From: Promethearchaeota archaeon
GTDB taxonomy: Archaea; Asgardarchaeota; Hermodarchaeia; Hermodarchaeales; Hermodarchaeaceae
Length of the DNA stretch: 32,000 nt
Direction: 5' to 3'
Assembly (NCBI GenBank): GCA_048938295.1
Contig: JBHLMI010000006.1
Coordinates: 1-32,000, forward strand
The notes beneath the pieces are model-generated. The model ran no database searches. It was given only the letters and a program-made list of their open reading frames with translations, and had not been told where the DNA came from. Both the position numbers and the translations under genes were made by a program. This document shows positions 26,799-32,000 of the stretch, piece after piece; the first letter of the stretch is position 1; each line of letters opens with the position of its first letter.

Positions 26799-28295
26799 TC
26801 AGGGGATATATGGCAGCTGTTGAAGAACAGGTTCTATTAAGTTTAAAACGATTGTAGGAAAGAGTCCAATAATAATCAAGCCAATCGCTAAGATGAAAAC
26901 AGGAACAAGCAGTCTTGTTGGTTCATTGATTTTAAAGTCGGAATTGGGTGAACCTCCATACATCTTGTTTAGGAGCCTAAGTATATACGCTGATTGGATA
27001 ACGCTAAAGGATACTCCTATTATTGCCAACCAGATTAAATTTGCTTCAATGGCCGCTGTAAAAACTAAATATTTAGCAAAGAACCCTGCTAATGGTGGAA
27101 TACCCGCGAAGGATAATAATCCGATTGAAAGGCAGAAAGATGTGAGAGGTAATTTTCTGCCTAGTCCACTGAAATCCTCTAGCGTCTCAAATCCCATCCG
27201 ATTCAGAATTCCAACCACCATAAAGCACAAGGCAGTACTAATTCCTCCAATTAGAAAGAAGAATAGATTTCCCATGATTCCAAATACATCGACGCTTGTT
27301 ATTGCAATAAGATTGTAGCCGATATCTGCGATACAAATGTATGTTATTAGATATTTTACATTTGTCTGGGTTAATGCTCGAAGATTCCCAACAACCATCG
27401 TTAAAACTGCAAATATAGCTAGCATAAACGTCCAATTTAGAACCATGAACGGAGTTAAGATGTAGATTAAGACCCTTAAGAGAATATAGTAACTACCTTG
27501 ATCAACTAGCGCGGAAAGAAAAGCTGAAGAAGAAGAGGGGGCTGCTTTATAAGCGTCTGGAAGCCACATGTGAAAAGGCACAATTGCAGCTTCGATAGCA
27601 AATCCAGCCGCAATGAACGTAAAAGCAAGTAAAAGGATACTTTTGTCTTCTAATCCAATAAGCACCTGTTTCACTGCCCAAAAATTCAGCGTGCCTGAGA
27701 GGCCAAAAACAATTGATATCCCATAGACGATAAATGCGGATGCAATTGTGATCATAATGAGATACTTCAAAGTAGCATGTAGAGACAACGGATTCTTAGC
27801 ATAGATAATTAAAAGACTTGAACCTACAGCAGCGGCTTCCCAGAAGATGAAAAGAGTTAGAAAGTCGCCCGATAAGGCTGTTCCTATCAGACATCCTGTA
27901 ACGAGAAGAATCAGAGAATAATACCGTTCTGAAAATTGGTTTTTAGGTTCAATGTAGAAGAGACAGAAAAAGAGAACTAGCATACCAACGATAGCAAATA
28001 TGATAACCATGTAAACTGAAATCGCATCTACCAGAAAACTGCTACTAAAAATGCTAAGTATTCCAATGCCCCAAGAGAGTTCTAGAAAAGGTCGTGGCAA
28101 TGGTAAACTATAGAACTTCAATGCTAAATTCGTGACAGCTAAGGCTACAATTCCAAAGACACCTATTAACCAGATAGTGCTCAATATTATTGCGTTCGGT
28201 TGGTTTTTTCGAATCTGCCCGATAATAGGGATGGTGAGAAGTGCTGAAATTATAAAACAGATTGTTGGCAAAGTAACATCAAGGATATCAATCAT
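26799..28295 (-). CDS. nuoN: Complex I-like antiporter subunit N (NuoN/FpoN), divergent
   Basis: FIFWE, VPFHMWLPDAY, SFAGIPPLAGFFAK; last of three antiporter-like genes in L-M-N order. Confidence 0.8.
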   Translation of the reverse strand: MIDILDVTLPTICFIISALLTIPIIGQIRKNQPNAIILSTIWLIGVFGIVALAVTNLALKFYSLPLPRPFLELSWGIGILSIFSSSFLVDAISVYMVIIFAIVGMLVLFFCLFYIEPKNQFSERYYSLILLVTGCLIGTALSGDFLTLFIFWEAAAVGSSLLIIYAKNPLSLHATLKYLIMITIASAFIVYGISIVFGLSGTLNFWAVKQVLIGLEDKSILLLAFTFIAAGFAIEAAIVPFHMWLPDAYKAAPSSSSAFLSALVDQGSYYILLRVLIYILTPFMVLNWTFMLAIFAVLTMVVGNLRALTQTNVKYLITYICIADIGYNLIAITSVDVFGIMGNLFFFLIGGISTALCFMVVGILNRMGFETLEDFSGLGRKLPLTSFCLSIGLLSFAGIPPLAGFFAKYLVFTAAIEANLIWLAIIGVSFSVIQSAYILRLLNKMYGGSPNSDFKINEPTRLLVPVFILAIGLIIIGLFPTIVLNLIEPVLQQLPYIP

Positions 28296-28304
28296 TAGCT
28301 TCTC

Positions 28305-29789
28305 TCACCCTCCAAAAGTCGCTGTTCCAATGATATCAATGAAGAATTTGAATCCAATACCCAGCACAATGACGAGTATAGTTAATATGATTAGGGCACA
28401 TCTCATAAAGAACGGTGCTAGTTTTCTATCTTTGACTACTTCAGAACCAAATATTACTTGATTAAAATAGCGGAGCACATATGCGAGCGAAACCAGAGTA
28501 GCTATTAACAAAAGGGTGATCATTACTAAATAGAAGATATTGCTGGTTGCAACTTGGAAACCGCCAGTAAATATAAGAAATTCACTTATAAAGCAGGCAA
28601 ATGGTGGAATAGCTGCGATACTTAGTCCTGCAGTCACTGTAGATGTTGCGGTAACAGGCATTTGCCCTGAGAGTCCTCCTAGCTGCCTGATATTTCTAGT
28701 CTTAATCTGATGAATAATGGCTCCAGCAGAAAGGAAAAACAAGGCTTTACTTGCAGTATGATTCACTAGGTGTAGGACAGTTCCAGTCATCGCTATCTGG
28801 TTGGGAAAAAGTGAAAGTCCAAAAAGGATGTAACCGAGCTGAGAAATGCTCGAATAGGCTAATATTCTCTTTATATCATTCTCTCCCAGTGCTATAAGGG
28901 CACCAAATAGCGCTGTGATGACTCCTAACAAAGCCATTACTTGTAAGAAGTAGACTGCAAAAACAGTGCTTAAGATGGCAGGAAGCACCATATCCAAAAT
29001 TAATCGCAGGATCGCATAAGCACCTGCAGCGGCAATGGATCCACTCAAAAGAGCAGACATAGGAGCTGGAGCTTCAGAATATGCGTCAGGAAGCCACATA
29101 TGAAAAGGAACAATAGCCATTTTCACTAAGAAACCGAGTGTAAGGAGAATTAATATCCAGAGTACCAGACTCGAGGGTACTAGCAACAATGCTGGTTGTA
29201 TTAGGAATATATCTAATTGACCTGTGACTATGAAAAGCAGTCCTATACTTAAAAGAACTAATACAGCTCCTGCGTGAGTAAATATGACAAATTTAAGGGC
29301 AGCTTTGTATGGTTTTCCATACCCCCATTCTCCGATGATAAAGTAGGATGGGACGAGTACAAGTTCCCAACAAAAATAAAAGAACAAAAGATTTGATGTG
29401 GTGAAAATACCGAGAAGGCCGATAGAGAGGATCACCAGAAGGGCAAAATATTCTGCAGGGGACTTCTTGTTTTGAAAAGAATCTATTGAAAATACTGCTA
29501 CTGCTAAAATGAGTAGTAGTGTAATTATTACTAAGGGGAGACTAATTCCATCAACGAAAAGAGAAAAATAAGCGCCAAGAGGTGGAATCCAATAATAAGT
29601 CTCTACATGCCTATATCCTGTTGCTGGATCTAATATTGTAGGTATAATTGTGCTGAGGAGCCCGATATTGATTACACAAACGAGCGCAATTATAATACCT
29701 GCAGCTTTGATGTTTTTCTTTCCAATTATGTACACAATTGGGAGGGAAATTAACAATATGGTAAACATTAGTAATAGTGGATTTTGCAT
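28305..29789 (-). CDS. nuoM: Complex I-like antiporter subunit M (NuoM/FpoM)
   Basis: LFVDGISLPL, FCWELVLVPSY, VKMAIVPFHMWLPDAYSEAP, KRILAYSSISQLG and FISEFLI. Confidence 0.88.
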   Translation of the reverse strand: MQNPLLLMFTILLISLPIVYIIGKKNIKAAGIIIALVCVINIGLLSTIIPTILDPATGYRHVETYYWIPPLGAYFSLFVDGISLPLVIITLLLILAVAVFSIDSFQNKKSPAEYFALLVILSIGLLGIFTTSNLLFFYFCWELVLVPSYFIIGEWGYGKPYKAALKFVIFTHAGAVLVLLSIGLLFIVTGQLDIFLIQPALLLVPSSLVLWILILLTLGFLVKMAIVPFHMWLPDAYSEAPAPMSALLSGSIAAAGAYAILRLILDMVLPAILSTVFAVYFLQVMALLGVITALFGALIALGENDIKRILAYSSISQLGYILFGLSLFPNQIAMTGTVLHLVNHTASKALFFLSAGAIIHQIKTRNIRQLGGLSGQMPVTATSTVTAGLSIAAIPPFACFISEFLIFTGGFQVATSNIFYLVMITLLLIATLVSLAYVLRYFNQVIFGSEVVKDRKLAPFFMRCALIILTILVIVLGIGFKFFIDIIGTATFGG

Positions 29790-29790
29790 T

Positions 29791-31746
29791 TTACATCACG
29801 TACAGGGTAAACATAATCAGGGCTAGTAGCACAAGGAAGCCAATGAGAGCTGCTACAATATATTGAGGAAAAGAAACTGAATCTTCTTCCTGTTCTTGCG
29901 AAACCTTAGGTGCCCACCGATCTCTTGCAAAGTAGAGAATTCTATTAACAAGAATGCTATAGGATTTGTGAACAGCATTGGATAGATGCGTTACACCAGA
30001 GGCAAGGAGATTTGGGATCCGTTCAAAAATGTTGACTTCTACATATTGAGTGCCTTTTGAGAGTTTGAGAATTCCTCTAGCAATGACTTTTTCATAGAAA
30101 TCATCGAAGAAATAACCTCGCTCAACAATACTATTGATGGGAGCTATTATTTTTATCTTAAATTCTGAGACCAACCGATTTCTACTATAATAGATTAGAT
30201 AGACCGGAAGGCCTCCAATCAATAAGACCAATAGAAAGATCACTGTTTCGAAGCTGAGAATATTCTCAAGACTAATTTCCACAGACACACCCAGAAATTG
30301 GCCAAGCCCGTTTGCGAAGAAACCCCAGATTGTGCAAAAGACAGCAAGGACAGCGCAGGCGAAAAGCATTATTTTGGGGGCTTCATGCAGTTGAAATTTT
30401 CCCGCATATTCAGTTTTTTCTCGAAGGAAGGTGAGGATTGTAAAACGCAGAGTATAAGCAAAGGTCAATGCTATGGCTGCATAAACACAAAGAACAAGCA
30501 AGACATCTCCGGTAGTCTTTAGACTCGTAATTATTAGACCCTTGCTAAAGAAACTAGCAAATGGAGGTACGCCGGTTCGGGCAAATAAAACTACCAGGCA
30601 TAGCCCAAATGTGATTGGCAACGCTTTACGAAGCCCGCCCATCTGACGCATGTCTCGTGTTCCAAGGATATGGATTATTCCTCCGATAGCAAGAAATCCA
30701 AGACTCTGGAAAAACGCATGGCTAATTAGATGGAACAACCCAGCAAACCATCCAAGTGATGAAGCAGAGGTAGCTGAACCAAGTGCAGCAACCATGAAGC
30801 CAATTTGACTTGTAGTTGAATATGCAGGAACGCCTTTGATATCAGGAGTGGAGAGTGCCAAAGTGGCACCGATGAAAGCTGTTATTGCGCCAATCCATGC
30901 AACAGATGGTAACCAGAGTGGGATTAACGGTAGTAGTGGACCAAAAAGAATGAATAACCTCGCAATTAGATAGACTCCAGCTTTCACCATGGTTGCACCA
31001 TGTAAGAGTGCACTAACAGAAGTCGGTGCCTCCATGGCTGTGTACAACCATGTATGCAAAGGGAGCTGTGCTGATTTTGTAATTGCTCCAGCCAGTATAA
31101 GGAAAGCGACTAGGGTGAGAGTGGGAAATGGTATTAGAGCAATATTGCTAATGAGATAAGAAAAAGAGAACGACCCTAGGTGTACATAAAGAAGGAGTAT
31201 GGCTCCAAAGAAGCAGACGTCGCCGACCCGTGTCATAATAAAGACTTTTTTGCCTGCGCGAACTGGTTCAATGCGCTTATTCCAGAATGAAACTAATGAA
31301 TAAGAACATAAGCCGACCATTTCCCAGAAAATGAACAGTTGGAAGAAATTGTCAGAAAGAACGAGGGCAATCATCGAACCAATAAAAAGTAGCATAAAGA
31401 AGTAGTATCGTGAAAGATTTTCTTCACCTGCCATATAGCCTAACGAGTAAATAATGACGATAAGACCGATAGAAGCAATCAAATTTGTAAAAAGTATACT
31501 AAGTGGATCTACTAATACTCCAATTTGGATACCAATTGCAGGAAGAACGTCTATTGTGAATTCAGTACTGGTCAGTATACCAAAGTAAATATCTGGAATT
31601 ATTGAGATTGCAAATACTGTAGTGATTAGACAAATGATAACAGCAAAATAATCTCGTGCTTTTCCACTTCGTCGCCCAAGAAGAGGAACAAATATGCTAG
31701 AAGCAATTGGAATAATCCATACAAGCCACGGAGCGAAAGGTAGCAT
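29791..31746 (-). CDS. nuoL: Complex I-like antiporter subunit L (NuoL/FpoL)
   Basis: YSLGYM, FIFWEMVGLCSY, TRVGD, TKSAQLPLHTWL..AMEAPTSVSALLHGATMVKAGVYL, and a long C-terminal lateral helix with a terminal TM. Confidence 0.92.
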   Translation of the reverse strand: MLPFAPWLVWIIPIASSIFVPLLGRRSGKARDYFAVIICLITTVFAISIIPDIYFGILTSTEFTIDVLPAIGIQIGVLVDPLSILFTNLIASIGLIVIIYSLGYMAGEENLSRYYFFMLLFIGSMIALVLSDNFFQLFIFWEMVGLCSYSLVSFWNKRIEPVRAGKKVFIMTRVGDVCFFGAILLLYVHLGSFSFSYLISNIALIPFPTLTLVAFLILAGAITKSAQLPLHTWLYTAMEAPTSVSALLHGATMVKAGVYLIARLFILFGPLLPLIPLWLPSVAWIGAITAFIGATLALSTPDIKGVPAYSTTSQIGFMVAALGSATSASSLGWFAGLFHLISHAFFQSLGFLAIGGIIHILGTRDMRQMGGLRKALPITFGLCLVVLFARTGVPPFASFFSKGLIITSLKTTGDVLLVLCVYAAIALTFAYTLRFTILTFLREKTEYAGKFQLHEAPKIMLFACAVLAVFCTIWGFFANGLGQFLGVSVEISLENILSFETVIFLLVLLIGGLPVYLIYYSRNRLVSEFKIKIIAPINSIVERGYFFDDFYEKVIARGILKLSKGTQYVEVNIFERIPNLLASGVTHLSNAVHKSYSILVNRILYFARDRWAPKVSQEQEEDSVSFPQYIVAALIGFLVLLALIMFTLYVM

Positions 31747-31749
31747 TCA

Positions 31750-32000
31750 CTATTCCCTCTTTGCAATTATTTCACAGTTGTTTGTCTCATGATCATTATT
31801 TTCACTGTGCAAAAGTCTCGCAAGCTCTCGGATATCGCAGGTACCATATTTGCGCGAGATACTGACTAGCAAAACCAGGACTATAGCGGAGATACATGCA
31901 TCAGTCGAGAAAGCTAGAATGAAAATCGCTTCACCTAATGGTTTGAGAATTGATGAGGCAAATAGCACAAAATTCATGGTTGCCGCATTTGTAATTAGTT
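31750..32000 (-). CDS. nuoK: Complex I-like subunit K (NuoK/FpoK), 5'-truncated
   Basis: Frame open to the window end: LITNAATMNFVLF...GEAIFILAFSTDACISAIVL..SRKYGT matches NuoK (LNAANINFVAF...GQVF...EAAVGL..YR..GT). Confidence 0.75.
   Translation of the reverse strand, partial: LITNAATMNFVLFASSILKPLGEAIFILAFSTDACISAIVLVLLVSISRKYGTCDIRELARLLHSENNDHETNNCEIIAKRE

Noticed and set aside
1-32000. CRISPR arrays, tRNA/rRNA genes, IS elements, and selenocysteine/pyrrolysine recoding
   Set aside because: No regularly spaced repeats, cloverleaf or rRNA signatures, transposase motifs, or in-frame TGA/TAG splitting a conserved domain were seen by eye.

Overview
Archaeal window with no rRNA, tRNA, CRISPR array or transposase detected. 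An Asgard-like host is inferred from a Rab-like G-domain, several Zn-ribbon proteins, mfnA and an F420-linked module; this is not proven. Bases 1-25,350 hold a mosaic of accessory genes: a radical SAM/HhH protein, a Zn-ribbon plus degenerate Rab-like protein, a decayed nitroreductase, DUF3795 with AlkD, DinB, a PadR-BtrH_N-GyrI-like operon with tandem operators, an MBL hydrolase, an MFS transporter, GGT, a split-PH/Zn-ribbon protein, a large surface protein, several orphan membrane proteins, DUF885, an ICMT-family/TetR pair, mfnA, a speD-like gene and DUF4332. Bases 25,600-32,000 are a visibly more AT-rich minus-strand block encoding the end of a complex I-like operon (nuoK-L-M-N) followed by an FrhB/FpoF-type flavoprotein. 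The most notable signals are: (i) antiporter-like subunits in which several near-invariant lysines are replaced, by acidic residues in NuoN; (ii) a Rab-like pseudo-GTPase that keeps Rab surface motifs but has lost the nucleotide-binding motifs; (iii) a PadR-controlled candidate genotoxin/xenobiotic detoxification unit near AlkD; (iv) a GLUE/GRAM-like split PH domain with Zn ribbons. All family calls come from motif recognition by eye; no database search was run.
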